A program made the position numbers and the translations under genes. Of a stretch of DNA of 64,000 bases, positions 11,444 through 24,016 are shown piece after piece. The stretch is from Adineta vaga (taxonomy: Eukaryota; Animalia; Rotifera): the NCBI GenBank assembly GCA_021613535.1, contig CP075493.1:13206001-13270000 (forward strand). The letters run 5' to 3'. The notes below the pieces were generated by a model. The model worked only from the letters and a program-made list of their open reading frames with translations, ran no database searches and was not told where the DNA came from. The number at the start of each line of letters is the position of its first letter. Within the stretch, counting starts at the first letter, position 1.

Positions 11444-12619
11444 ATGATGAGACGAAGCATATACTTTTTATTCTGTTATTTTCTTATTCAAATTCAATGT
11501 AAAAACATCTCATTTATAAACAATGCTATTCTTATTCCAATTCGATCGAAATTAAATTCAACTATATTAACAAATTTAACCTGTGACGATTGTCTCTGCT
11601 TGACAGCACATAATTCATCGATACTTGCATTGAATTGTTACGAAAATTTATCATGTGAATTCTATCTTCGTTATCCTCGAATGTATAAAATTCAATCAAT
11701 GAATAATTCTCGTCTTTATTTTCTGCAAAATATCCGTCCACAGGCAAGCATACCTTGTTGTATGTCCAATACAACATTGTTATTGCGAAAGCTTCAAAAT
11801 TCTTCTAATCGTATGATTTCTATAAATGTAAACAAACCTCGATGTATTGTGCTTGATGAGAGCAATTCATTGGTGGCTGTGACACATACAAATGGTGTGC
11901 CTTCATATTTCGATCGTTTTAATCCTCAAACTTTAGTACGTCTTGAACACATTCCAATTAATGCTTCAGTAACAACTATTACTTATTATCAAGGAAGATA
12001 TTATATTGGAATAGATTCTAATGAGACGATTTCTGTATTTATCAAAGATGGAAGCACAAATTCTCTAAGATTTATAACCAATATAAAGGCACCAACTTCA
12101 TCAGCCATGTCAGGTGTACGAGATATAATATTTGTAGACAATGGTCAAACAATGGTAGTTGCTTCTGCTGATAATAATCGTCTTTATTTTTTTTCAATGA
12201 GAAATCAGACTAATTATCAAATGACGAGATACATTACAGTTAATTATGGTATACCACATGGTCTATTTCGAATGAATGATTCATTTTTCTATGTAGCATC
12301 GTGGACTGTACCTTCTATATATGCGTATAAATATAATGAAACAACATTAAATTGGACACAAACATTATTTGCCACTGCACCGCCTAGTACCCACTCTGGA
12401 TCGCATGTATTGGTTGATGATTGCGATCGTCGATGGTTTACTATCAGTGGTTATGGAATTCGAATTTATAATGCAAATGGAGTTAATATAGGTAATTGGA
12501 TTTTAGGTTCAGGTTATTTTGATACACTCCTTCTAGACAGATACGTTGTGTTATTATCGAATCCAGAAAACAATAAAATTACTCGTATAGATCCACAAAT
12601 AACATGTGATCAAGACTAA
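11444..12619 (+). CDS. Secreted protein: PAN/apple-like Cys module + beta-propeller, 391 aa
   Basis: Signal-like N-terminus, TCDDCLC..ALNCYENLSCEFY module, and propeller blades (VASADNNRLYFF, PHGL). Confidence 0.7.
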   Translation: MMRRSIYFLFCYFLIQIQCKNISFINNAILIPIRSKLNSTILTNLTCDDCLCLTAHNSSILALNCYENLSCEFYLRYPRMYKIQSMNNSRLYFLQNIRPQASIPCCMSNTTLLLRKLQNSSNRMISINVNKPRCIVLDESNSLVAVTHTNGVPSYFDRFNPQTLVRLEHIPINASVTTITYYQGRYYIGIDSNETISVFIKDGSTNSLRFITNIKAPTSSAMSGVRDIIFVDNGQTMVVASADNNRLYFFSMRNQTNYQMTRYITVNYGIPHGLFRMNDSFFYVASWTVPSIYAYKYNETTLNWTQTLFATAPPSTHSGSHVLVDDCDRRWFTISGYGIRIYNANGVNIGNWILGSGYFDTLLLDRYVVLLSNPENNKITRIDPQITCDQD

Positions 12620-12863
12620 TATATGTTTTAATGTTACATACTGTGAGTTCATGTTTATATCTTTGATATTCTCTGAATTTTGACAAGAATTCGATGAAAT
12701 AGTTTACCATGATCAAATAAATATACGATTTATATGAAAAACTATTTTAAACTTAAATATTTAATGTTATACTGAGAAAATAATCCATCGAAGGAGAAAG
12801 CATCCTTTCTCTCGATGCTGAACTAGGCGGAAACACCAACGAAATCGGAATTTTTCAGCAGAA

Positions 12864-12887
12864 CCACACCCACACCCACACCCACTC
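12864..12887. repeat. Interstitial telomere-like (CCCACA)n tract
   Basis: ccacacccacacccacacccactc. TGTGGG is the reported Adineta telomeric repeat. Confidence 0.75.
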
Positions 12888-13513
12888 AAATAGTAAATAA
12901 TGACGCAGAAAATTTGTATTATAAGTCGTTTTTATTAGTAAAGATTTTCTTATTCAACAGGAAACTTCATGAACAATGATAAATGAAGAGATGATAGTAC
13001 TTTTTATAGAAGACATTATGACGTTGAGAGGCATTTGAATAGGAAGCAAAGATAGACAATCAAATTCTTCAAAAGAATATACGCTTTTTAAGTTGCACTA
13101 TCACATTAGTCATCATTACTTATCATTTTTACTTTCAAATACGATAGTATTCACGTTTTTTATGAACCTTTTACTATAAAATTGATGAAGTATTTTAGGC
13201 AAAAAAAATCTTATTCTCTATCTCGATAATCAATTATTCTATTCATGTATACTTTTATTATTTTTTTCCTTTGTTTTCTCTCAATGTATGATATTTGTTA
13301 CTTTGACACTCTTCGAAAAGTTTATTATCCTTTTCGACTGTTTGTTAGATGAATTCTTTTCACCATTGAATATCTCAAATATTTTCTTTCTTCCTGTTCT
13401 CTATCTTGCGTTCATTTTCTAAAACGTTTTTACTGTAAGATCTCTTCTATATCGACATCTCGTTTTGTTCTTTTATGCTATCATTTTCAAAGACAAAAAA
13501 GTAAATTTACATA

Positions 13514-14411
13514 ATGGATCCTGTCAGATTATTTCGTTATTATCTGAACTATATCATATTAATTTTATTGATGTTCATTATTGATCCTAGTATTTCGATT
13601 CGAATTAAACTAATATCTAATGCAGTGTATATAGCGTCTAATATTCTTCAAACATTTTCAAATTTGAACTGTGAGGAATGTACATGTGTTGCTTTGTCGA
13701 ATTCTGCAGTTGGATGGAATTGTATGACAATTAATGATACATGTCAATTGATCAACAATTATTCGACTACCGATCATGGTCTGATGATATTAGTCAATGC
13801 CAAGTTTTTCTCTCTCGAACTCTCATCTCAATCATCAGCAATAACAACGACCACGACACAAACAACGACAAGTAAGCAATTATTTTTCTAAAATATTGTT
13901 CTACTATGATTGCTACATTGCAGCACCATCATGTACAGTGATTCCTGACAGCAATTTGTTTAAAAAAAATGGCGCCACTGCATGGACTCTCTATTCATTC
14001 ACTTATACAGCAATGACTACATCACCTACTCTCGTATTTGGATTCTACAATGGTCCAGCCGATACTAATTACTTAGATGATGTCTCTGTTGTTCATACTA
14101 GTGCACCTCTCGATCAATTACTACAGAATCCTAGCTTTGAAAATTCTACATCAACACCTACTGGTTGGATAACATGGTGTCAATCAGGATGTGGAACCGG
14201 AAATCACGGTCAAATATCAGTTAGCTCCTGCTATTCTGGTAATTGCTATATTGATCATTGCCAGCAGCCCAATTATGATTTTCTTGCTCAATCATTTCCA
14301 GCAACAATCGGTTCTAATTACACAATTTCATTTCGATTGTATCAAGTGGGAGGTGGTGCTGGCAGATTCTACGCCAATATTTACAATTCAACTATGTTAT
14401 CGTATCTATGA
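13514..14411 (+). CDS. Secreted protein: PAN/apple-like module, Thr-rich linker, carbohydrate-binding-module-like jelly-roll; intron 13872..13923
   Basis: NCEECTC..GWNC..TCQL module and a TTTTTQTTT linker. The in-frame splice leads to WTLYSFTYTA...YLDDVSV...LLQNPSFEN, motifs typical of CBM4/9-like domains. Confidence 0.7.
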
Positions 14412-14739
14412 GGACAGCAAGCAAAGAACAGACAAACGTCTAGAACAATAAAGACCGTTTTTTAGCATTAATCTCGCATATATAAATATCAATATTTTAA
14501 CTATTTGAATGTTTTCATAATAAATTTAACAGGCTAGAGTGTGAATAAGGATGATGGTACCTCTTCTTCACTCACACTCACATTCTTATTCTAAATTTAC
14601 TTCATTGTCCATTAGATATCAGTTACTTTTTTCTGCTTCTTCTTCATACTCTTATTTCCTTTGAAAAAGAAATGACTCTGTAATTGTTTTATTTACATTA
14701 TCTCAGCATGTGTGGCACTTCTCTGAAAAATATTTAGCG

Positions 14740-15135
14740 ACACCCTCAAGATGGAACACAACTGATATATAGCGGGTACAGCTGTAAATCTACTCTCTCA
14801 TCGATATGACTTAGCCTTAGATTCATCTAACTTAATCCATATTGCTGATTAGAATAATAATTGCATTCAGAAATAGTTTATCAGTGCATCGTACGATGCA
14901 ACCGTGGCTGATCTGGCAAATGGGAGAACAGGTACAAGTTCCACTATTCTAAACTGGACGGTTGGTGTTGTATCTGACAGATAGAGGAAACCATCGAGTT
15001 GTATTTTAGACTAAAGAAACTTGAATGGTGTAACAATTGCAGGTGTTACAGATTCATCTGCAATTAACTCAAATCAACTCAACGGACCTTACTGGGTAAT
15101 CATCGACAAGCAAATGAATGTGTTCGTAACAACCA
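14740..15135 (+). pseudogene. Degenerate NHL-repeat gene relic
   Basis: LRWNTT, LALDSSNLIHIAD*NNNCIQK* and NGVTIAGVT..QLNGPYWVIIDKQMNVFV, with stops and frameshifts. Confidence 0.7.
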
Positions 15136-15612
15136 AGTTCAACTGTTTCAACACTATTAAATTTACTATTAAAACCTTTATCATTGAGCTCGATAAAATA
15201 TCCACTATACTTTCTCTACATATTTTTATTAGTCTTTCAAATAAATTCAAGATTCATTTGGACTATAAATATGATATATATGTAGAAATGAGAATGTGTA
15301 CGTTTGTTTTTTCTTCAAGCACCCTCTTTCATCATTCTCTTTTTATCATAAACCGACTGACTATATAGCATACAAAAAGAAAAAGAAAATGGGCGTCACC
15401 CCCAGAGACTAATCTTTCGTTCTGTTTCTTTTGAATACTTTACGTCGATATTTACTTACAAGATAACATCATATTATATAAAAACGTGTGTTTCTTACGC
15501 ATTCTGTATCGTCCATTTGTGTTTTCATTCGCACTTTGTGCGATAAAATAGACTTTTTTTTTCTTTTGATCTCGAATGAAATTTAATTTTTTGTACGTTT
15601 CAGAATTTTGTA

Positions 15613-16278
15613 ATGGTTCTTCAATTGCATGTTGATTGGGTATCACAACCATGTCGGGCCGTAGGCATTTTACTACTGGAAAATAATATTGAACATGAAG
15701 TACATGAAATCAATGTTCTGACAGGAGAAACACATACTGATGCTTACAAGAAGATCAATCCAACTGGAAAAGTTCCAGCAATCGTTGATGGCGATTTTAA
15801 TTTAGGCGAATCCCATACAATCATGCGTTATTTGTGTGCAAGCAGAAATCTTCCGGATCATTATTATCCTAGTGATGTTAAAGAACGTGCAAAAGTCGAC
15901 TTTTGGTTGGATTGGCATCACACGAATTTACGTCATGGTGCGATTCGTTTAATAAGAGCAAATGTATTTGGTCCTATGAGAAATCTTCCACAACAAACAA
16001 TCGATGAATCGCGACAAGAAGGTGAAACCGTCATTAAAGCAAGTTTAAGTTTTATGGAAGAAGCTTTAGGTAAAAGTTCGTATATTGCCGGTGGAAATCA
16101 ACTTTCCATTGCTGATATTGCAATGGCATGTGAAGTGGCAATGTTTCCCGTTTTTGGTGCTTCAACAGAAGGCTATCCCAATGTTCAAGCTTGGATGAAG
16201 AAACTTTCAACAGAAATCAAATGTTGGGAACAAGTTAACGCGAAATTAAATGCATTTCTTGCATCGAAGAAGAAATAA
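15613..16278 (+). CDS. Glutathione S-transferase, theta-class-like, intronless, 221 aa
   Basis: SQPCRAV catalytic Ser motif, INPTGKVPAIVDGDFNLGES, and SIADI N-capping motif. Confidence 0.92.
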   Translation: MVLQLHVDWVSQPCRAVGILLLENNIEHEVHEINVLTGETHTDAYKKINPTGKVPAIVDGDFNLGESHTIMRYLCASRNLPDHYYPSDVKERAKVDFWLDWHHTNLRHGAIRLIRANVFGPMRNLPQQTIDESRQEGETVIKASLSFMEEALGKSSYIAGGNQLSIADIAMACEVAMFPVFGASTEGYPNVQAWMKKLSTEIKCWEQVNAKLNAFLASKKK

Positions 16279-17457
16279 ATCAGTACCAGTTAATCAATTA
16301 CGTTTTTTTTTCAGTTTCACTTCAGAGAAATATAAATGATAGTGAAGATTAATTACGAATAAAACTGTAGCATTTACATTTCATACTTAATGTGAAAAAT
16401 AAAACAACATAAATAATTTTGTATTTGAAAAGAGATAAAGCATCATGTACATACGCATTTATGAGTCATTTCGAGATGTTTTCTATGCAAGAAAACTCAA
16501 CGAAAGAAAGAAAGAAAGAATGGAACAATCGACTGCATAATGCTGATTCATCGTTATATGATTTTTGTTTTATTGTTCGGTTTGTTGTTCCGCTCGGAAG
16601 CGCTTACGATAAGATGTTTAGAATACTTTATAGCAGCAGAAGGATAAGCTCGAGAAATAAGAGATAAGGAAACATAAGTCAGAAAACGTTAAGCCTTAAA
16701 AAGAAGAAACAGTGACATAAAAAGATATAAAGAAAGAACATAATCGAGCGTCCTTTTTTATGTGCATTTCGTATCTATCCGAAAAGTTTATCCACGTTAG
16801 AAAAAAGGAAACATGCCTCGATTTCACATTCTTTACACGTTCAAGATCAGAGAGCTATTTGACTTCGAGTGTAGTCTGTTTTCTCTTAGTTTTTCCCAAT
16901 CAAAAATGTCTTGGTAGAAGATTTACTAGTAAAGGTCAGTTCTATGTCTTGATGCGACTCTTTTTCTCACGTACTGACATATATCGAAATCTAGGGCGTT
17001 TTCTTTCGTAACACTTAAGATATTGTTAGATTCAACGTACGGGCATCTTTGAATTATGTGTGGATCTACTCTATACTTTCTCAGGAATAGTTTTTCTTGA
17101 GAAGGTGGACGAAGGGATGAAAAGGAGTTAGATGTCATTATTGTCTTCATTCTCACCCACACCCTCAAGCAAACTGACAAATAAGATAGATTTCGAAAAA
17201 TTGTCCACATTCTCAGGTCAATTTTTTAATTTAATAATAAAAGAAAATGCAAATACAATTCAATCTTTTCTTAATTATTTTTCTTTATTTGATCAGGAAC
17301 ATACAGAAACCTTTATAACAACCAGAAAAACATCTTTCGATCTTGTTATGTTACTTTGAAGAATTATAATTCTTTTTTTTCTTCTTTCTCGAATAATTTA
17401 TACATCTCTGTAAAAACAAATCATCATTACATTTTCTTTTCTAAACTTACTGAGATC

Positions 17458-19275
17458 ATGGTCAAAAACGGAACCTATCGACATCGTCATCGATCGTTAA
17501 AACATAAAGTAAGTTATTCAATCAGATCAATTCTATCTTCATCTATATCTTATGCAGCAACGTAAACTCAACGATAATGTCTCACATTCTACTAAAATCA
17601 TTCATGTATCGATACGATCGACACCTAAAACTGCTTCCACAAACAAAGTTAAAACGGTATCTGATAAAAACACACAACCAATGCCAGTTATTACTAATCA
17701 TCATCATCAATGTCATAATGAATCATTGAATGACTCAAGATCAACTGATCTTCATCAATATTCGCGTTCTATTTTAGAAGTAAACTTATCATATGATGAT
17801 TAATGACGAATTATTCAGTTTTCATAGGGAAGTCGATATAGTTCGAATCGAATTTCACCAGAATTCCATAATCATTCGTTGATAACAAACAATAGTTCAA
17901 AACCAATAGAATCGGAAGTAAGTTCATTATCGGAATAAACAGAATTAGATTCTGATTTGTGATACTAGATTTTTCATGCAAATTCAAGTCGTCTTGGTAT
18001 CACAAGAGAACATCATGGTTATTTGGATCGAAAGGAAAAGAAAAAGTATTGAACTATTTTTTATAACAAATTATATATATATATATTTTCATGTACGATA
18101 TTTTAGAAGCAAGAAAAACTGTATAATTATATCAGTTACAATCGGTATTTTGCTACTATTACCAATCATTATTGTTCCTTCGATTCTTTTGACACGATCG
18201 AAGACAAAAACTAATCGTAAAATTTCTAAACTTGATAATAAATCTATCGTTATTCTTGTTGTATATAGCTCCTGAAGCTAAATTACGTTGGAAGTCAAGT
18301 GGTGTAACTGTTGCTGGAATTACTGGACTGGCAGGTCCCGCTAATGATCGTTTAAACACACCAATTCATTTAGCAATTGACCATCTTAATACTTTGTATA
18401 TTGCTGATTATAATTGTCATCGAATTCAGCGTTGGTTTAACAATGCATCATCAGGTACCACAATTGCTGGAAATAAGAATTGTACTACAGGAACAACTTT
18501 GAGTGAATTGATTCTTCCTACTCATGTTCTTCTTGATTCTGATAACAATGTGTATATAGCAGATTATGGCAATTCAAGGATTGTTTTGTGGGACAATAAT
18601 TCGACATTAGGAAGAATAATTGCTGGTACAGGTAAGTGAATGAAAACTATTCTTTTTAATGAATAAATGTTAAATTTATATCTGTTAGGTTTTGCCGGTA
18701 ATGCAAGCAATGAACTGTATTCACCATTTAGTCTGACACGAGATTCCAATTCGGGTACAATCTATATAGCGGATACTTATAATCATCGTATAATGCGTTA
18801 TTTGTTAAATGCAAATTCTGGAACAATAGTTGCTGGAGGGAATGGATTAGGACGAAATGCTTCACAATTATATTCTCCTTCGAGTGTTTATTTCGAATCA
18901 TCATCGAATACTACTTTAATTATTAATTATAATCTCAATAATATTGTTAGTTGGAAAATAGGTGACAACGGGTGGAATTTGATTGCTGGTAGTATAAATG
19001 GATCAGCTGGTTCAACAGCAACACTTTTTAGTTCACCGTCGAGTATGACATGTGATCCAATGGGAAATATGTACGTTGCAGATTTATTTAATCATCGCAT
19101 TCAATTCTTTCTATCGGGCGATGCTAATGGTACAACTATTGCTGGTGTTTCTACTGTATTCGGTGTTAATGCGACACATTTAAATACTCCATATGGTGTA
19201 GCATTAGACAATCAACTTAATTTATATGTCGCTGATAGCGGTAATCATCGTATTCAGAAATTTGTTCGGTATTAA
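17458..19275 (+). CDS. Multi-exon single-pass (type II-like) membrane protein with extracellular NHL propeller; 5' exon structure approximate
   Basis: Low-complexity N-terminal exons, TM CIIISVTIGILLLLPIIIVPSILL, then LRWKSSGVTVAG and NHL repeats ending YVADSGNHRIQKF. Intron at about 18632..18688. Confidence 0.75.
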
Positions 19276-19378
19276 TTTTTTTGAGAAAAAAAGAACTTCT
19301 ATTGAAATGATAATTGTATGAAGGTGCGAGATCTAGAACACGCTTACATCATCAATATTTAAAAATAATAAAGTTTAT

Positions 19379-19798
19379 TCAATTCATTTTTCTATATAGA
19401 ATTGAATTTTGATTATGACCATTGAAAACTGAAACACCTATTTCTAATTGATCCATTTTTTTATTTTCTTAGAATATTTTCTCTACCATTAACAATCATA
19501 TTTTCAAGCATCCTTATATCTAAATAAAATGTAACGTTTTTTCTTTTTATTATTCTTACATTTGAATAGCCATTGCTGCTCTTCGTCTTGATGTCGTATT
19601 CGCACCTACTGCGCCATCGATTAAATGATCATTATGGAATAAAGCACTCCCTACTTTCATTGTTACAGATACTGTTGGATTTATCTTTCAGTTTTATGAA
19701 AATAAACACAATGTGTATACTTTATTTAATTGAGGAATAAAATACGTACAACCATTTTCTAATATTGCATCATCTAATGTTATCCAAACACTGATTTT
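19379..19798 (-). pseudogene. C-terminal relic of a phytanoyl-CoA dioxygenase (PhyH)-family 2OG-Fe(II) oxygenase
   Basis: ISVWITLDDAILENGCTYFIP, then MKVGSALFHNDHLIDGAVGANTTSRRRAAMAIQM, then MLENMIVNGRENIL. The third iron-binding His appears replaced by Asp and the 5' part is absent. Confidence 0.7.
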
Positions 19799-19854
19799 AT
19801 GTGGGTATGGGTGAAGCCAATGACGACACCCAAATCCTGAAGATATTTTCTGAT

Positions 19855-20060
19855 CCAGATGATACAGCTGTATTCATCTGTGTAAGGGCAACAAATCAAA
19901 ATTTGATTGTGAACATAGTAATGATCAAAACATACAATTTACATATAACTTGTCGTAAGCTTTCATTTCGAAAAGTCAAAAGTGAACAAGCACTACTCAT
20001 GACGGCTGTAACAAACATAATCATCGTTAAAGCAGCACTTATTTTGATAACAAATGATTG
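19855..20060 (-). pseudogene. Fragment of the TM1-TM2 region of a GPCR-like domain
   Basis: ISAALTMIMFVTAVMSSACSLLTFRNESLRQV...MFTIKF*FVALTQMN. Confidence 0.5.
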
Positions 20061-20875
20061 ATTGTGTATTGTATTGTATTGTCACATTTCGATTTATTTG
20101 AAGACGTAAAATATCATTAAGAATTAAATCAATACTTTTAACTTGAGCATTACATAGACCACCAATATAACAATAAGTATAGAATTACCAACTAAAGAAA
20201 TTGTTCATAATCTTGAGAGACGAAAAGAAGAAATTTCTCCATTTCTATTACTTTTACAAATCGAATGTCATATTAATCAATTAAGTGCTATTGCTCAACC
20301 TATGGATGTAATTCCTTTTAGATCATTCTTGTGAGAAGTGTGTCTCATTGGTGACAAACATTGTCATGATTTATACTAGTATTTAATCGCAGTTGACAAA
20401 TATGAACTCACAAAAAAATGTTAAAGATATATTTATATTAACATGGTAGAATGAGATTATAGAACAAAGACAGAATATGAAGTATAGATACATGAATATA
20501 CTTGTCCGCTTTTAATATAATTCTTTTTTACGTGAAATATTCTAGATGCTGTTAAACTTTTTCATGTCAGAGTGAAATTTATCGAATATATTTCTTCTTT
20601 GTTTTGATAAAATAACTCAGTTTTACTACGAAGTAATAGAAACAATTAGAGAAGTTGTCATAATCTTGTAATGACAATTGATATATGCAAAACTTAAACA
20701 CCTGCGTATAAAGACACTCTCAGTGATCAAAGGACAAAATAAACTTTTCTCAAGTCTTTTAATAAAATAGTCGAAAGAAATGAAAACAATATTTTGCTGA
20801 TTATTCTTTATTATATAAATCAAATGGCGGATAGAAGTATAATATAGTATATAATTCTGTATTTTGAAGAGAATT

Positions 20876-21834
20876 CTAACAAGGTCCTATCCTATTTTTT
20901 CGACACCAGCAGAATATTTCATTTTTTACTCGTCGACGAAATTGAGACGATGTTAGTGAGAACGTATAACAACTTCCCTAGAACAACAAAAATATTAAAT
21001 CATCAAAGCTAGATTCAATAGACATACGACATAATATATATATGTTCCCAACGTAACAACTGTAGTCGTCAGATATTCTTTCGCTTGTTGATCAGACTCT
21101 TTTATAACATTAACTGTAATTAAATTATAGGCGTTATTAATCCCATATGGTATCAAACTAACAGCAACAAGTACAACATGAATAAATGTCATTCGTATCA
21201 ATTGACGATCAGCATGTAATTCAGCAAGAACAATTGTCCGATGAATATTACGATAAGTCAACAATCCAAATACTGTCATAATTCCAACAGGTATTCCACA
21301 GATGATACCAAGTAAATGTATTGCTGCAAAAATAGCAAAGGCAGGATCATCGTATCCACAAGTTTTACCATCTGATAAAATATGATATACGAAAAAAATA
21401 TGAATCCCATAAAGACACCAGAAAATAATGACAATGATTGATATTCGATGAGCCCATTTAATTTGACTACAATTTCGAATAAAATTACTTTTTGATGTAA
21501 TTAAAAATTGATCTATGATAGCTAAGCATGAGAAAGTTGTTGAAATAAGAGAAGGAACAACAAGGAGAAAATATCGTATTTGACACCATATATTCGATGT
21601 ACCAGTTGCATTGATACCAAAATATACAATCAAAATACGAAGAGGAAGATTAAGACAAATGTAAAACATATTGTCAATTGAACCCATAAAAAAATAGAAT
21701 GTACATGGATTAGTACGGTACGTGCGAACTTTCGAGAGCACTACAATATTGATAGCATTCCCAATTACACCTAAGATCAATAGAAAAATACCAGCATAAA
21801 GTGCAAGTTGTTGCGTATCGTATAATAATGTCAT
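20876..21834 (-). CDS. Rhodopsin-like GPCR; intron 20978..21027 within TM7
   Basis: GVIGNAINI (TM1) and CLAIIDQF (TM3). The spliced last exon reads GSCYTFSLTSSQFRRRVK...*. Confidence 0.88.
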
Positions 21835-22935
21835 TATGAATTCTATTCAACAACTAGTTCTGAGAAAAGATTTTCAAACGGAACTTAAATTTAATCTATT
21901 CGACGTCATACATGCATCCGGCATCTTCAGACATCTATAATTGTGCACATAATGATAATTACGAAATGCGTTGACGTCAGAAAAATTCCTTAGATTAAAT
22001 CAAAGTATAATTATTTCATAAATCATGCTTTTTCGCAATTAGAAGTGGAAAATAAAGTTTGATGGTGTGGGTCGGATGGATGGAGACACTGACTTACACT
22101 CCACCCAAACCTTCAACTCAACGAAAAAAATAGTTGTGTTATTATTTCGCCAATCTCTTGTAGTTGCAGTTAAGAAAAGAGAAGGAAAGAAAGAATGGAA
22201 CAATCCACCGTTAAATGATGATTCATTGATTAAAGTCAATCTGAATGAGAAATAATAAGAATATGAGTGAAATCAATGATTTCGGATAGTACTTTAATCA
22301 ATAATCCGATATTATCATTCCATTCAGAATGATAACTCCTCTCTGTCGGCACGGTATACATATAGTCGAAGTCTTTACAAATTGACCGTACATCTTATCT
22401 ATATACGTAATATACAAATATAGTATTGAATGACATATTTCGTTCTTAGATAGAGTCGATCAATCTCGAATGAAATTGGAAATATTATTTTTATCTTTTA
22501 CGTCGTTTTTGTTTCCACATATGCGTATATAGATGACAATATATTACTCAACATGGAACTTTATTTAGAATACAATGACTCAATTCTTTCCTCCTACATA
22601 GAACCGCAAAAATAATCCAGTACAACCAACGCATATTCCATCGAAGTATATATACATACACGAAGGAAAGCAAAAAAAGAAATAACGTATTACATATTCT
22701 TATACAAACCGCAAAAGATGTCGTTTCTTAAACATATTGTAAGTAAATTTCTTTTCCAATCTAAATAAAATTTATATATATATATATCTATTCATTTGAA
22801 ATAGTTCATACTATTCATATTTCTACTAATCAATCGGAAGAGTTTGTCAAAAGCGATTCCACAATCAAAAGAAAAAAAACCTATTATTGATGATCATCAT
22901 CGTAAGTTAAAAACCTCAATCGAATATATTCAAAA

Positions 22936-23889
22936 ATGATTTGTTCTGATTTAGAAGAATTCAGTTTTCTGAAAATGAATATCACTTCAAATATAAAATG
23001 GATGCAAAATGGTATAACCATTGCTGGAGGAAATCAATTTGGAAATGAATTAAATCAATTGTATGATCCAACGGGAATAACAATTGATGATGATGATCAA
23101 AGTATATATATTGCTGATTCAGGAAACGATCGTGTTATTCAATGGAAATTTGGTGAATCTTCTGGTCGAATTGTTGCAGGTGGAAATGGTAGAGGTAATG
23201 ATAGAAATCAATTAGATTGGCCAACAGATGTTCTTGTTGATAAACAAACGAATTCAATTTTTATTTGTGATTTGAAAAATCGACGAGTTGTACGTTGGTC
23301 TCTTGAAAATAATCAATATGGACAAATAGTTATCCCGGATATTGACTGTGGTGGATTAAAAATGGATAATCATGGTGATCTTTACGTATCGGATTATGTT
23401 AAGAGTGAAGTAAGAAAATGGTCGGAAGGGAATCCAAAAGGAATTATTGTTGCTGGTGGAAATGGAAAAGGAAATCAACTTAATCAATTAAGTTATCCGA
23501 TTTATTTCTTTATCGATAAAGATTATTCAATTTATGTATCCGATCATTTAAATAATCGTGTTATGAAATGGAAAAAAGATGCGAAAGAAGGTGTTATTGT
23601 TGCCGGTGGACAAGGTAAAGGAAATCTTTTGACACAATTAAAAGATACTTCAGGTGTAGTTGTCGATCATTTGGGTAATATTTATGTGGTTGATTCTGGT
23701 AATAATCGAATCATACGTTGGTTAAAAGATGCTAAAAAAGGTCATGTTATTATTGGTGAAAATAAACAAGGAAAAGAAGCAAATCAATTTGATTATCCAA
23801 CTAGTTTATCATTTGATCGACAAGGTAATTTATATATTGCTGATTTTGGTAATCATCGAATACAAAAATTTATCATTGACAATAATTGA
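22936..23889 (+). CDS. NHL-repeat protein, 317 aa; may be the 3' exon of a B-box/coiled-coil-NHL gene or a stand-alone propeller
   Basis: KWMQNGITIAGGN, repeated IVAGGNG..QL..P motifs, and YIADFGNHRIQKF. Confidence 0.88.
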   Translation: MICSDLEEFSFLKMNITSNIKWMQNGITIAGGNQFGNELNQLYDPTGITIDDDDQSIYIADSGNDRVIQWKFGESSGRIVAGGNGRGNDRNQLDWPTDVLVDKQTNSIFICDLKNRRVVRWSLENNQYGQIVIPDIDCGGLKMDNHGDLYVSDYVKSEVRKWSEGNPKGIIVAGGNGKGNQLNQLSYPIYFFIDKDYSIYVSDHLNNRVMKWKKDAKEGVIVAGGQGKGNLLTQLKDTSGVVVDHLGNIYVVDSGNNRIIRWLKDAKKGHVIIGENKQGKEANQFDYPTSLSFDRQGNLYIADFGNHRIQKFIIDNN

Positions 23890-24016
23890 CTTTGATCTTT
23901 TTATGAATGCTGTAAACTTGTATTTTAAAAATATGTTGTTTTTTGTAAATTGTTTTTTTTCTCGTTTTAAATAAAGTCCACCCTCAAGATTCTATTGAAT
24001 TATAGATAGAAAATAA

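Noticed and set aside
16419-17360. Cluster of 60-95 aa ORFs, and similar short antisense or overlapping ORFs elsewhere in the track
   Set aside because: Low-complexity AT-rich translations or shadows of real genes, with no motifs.
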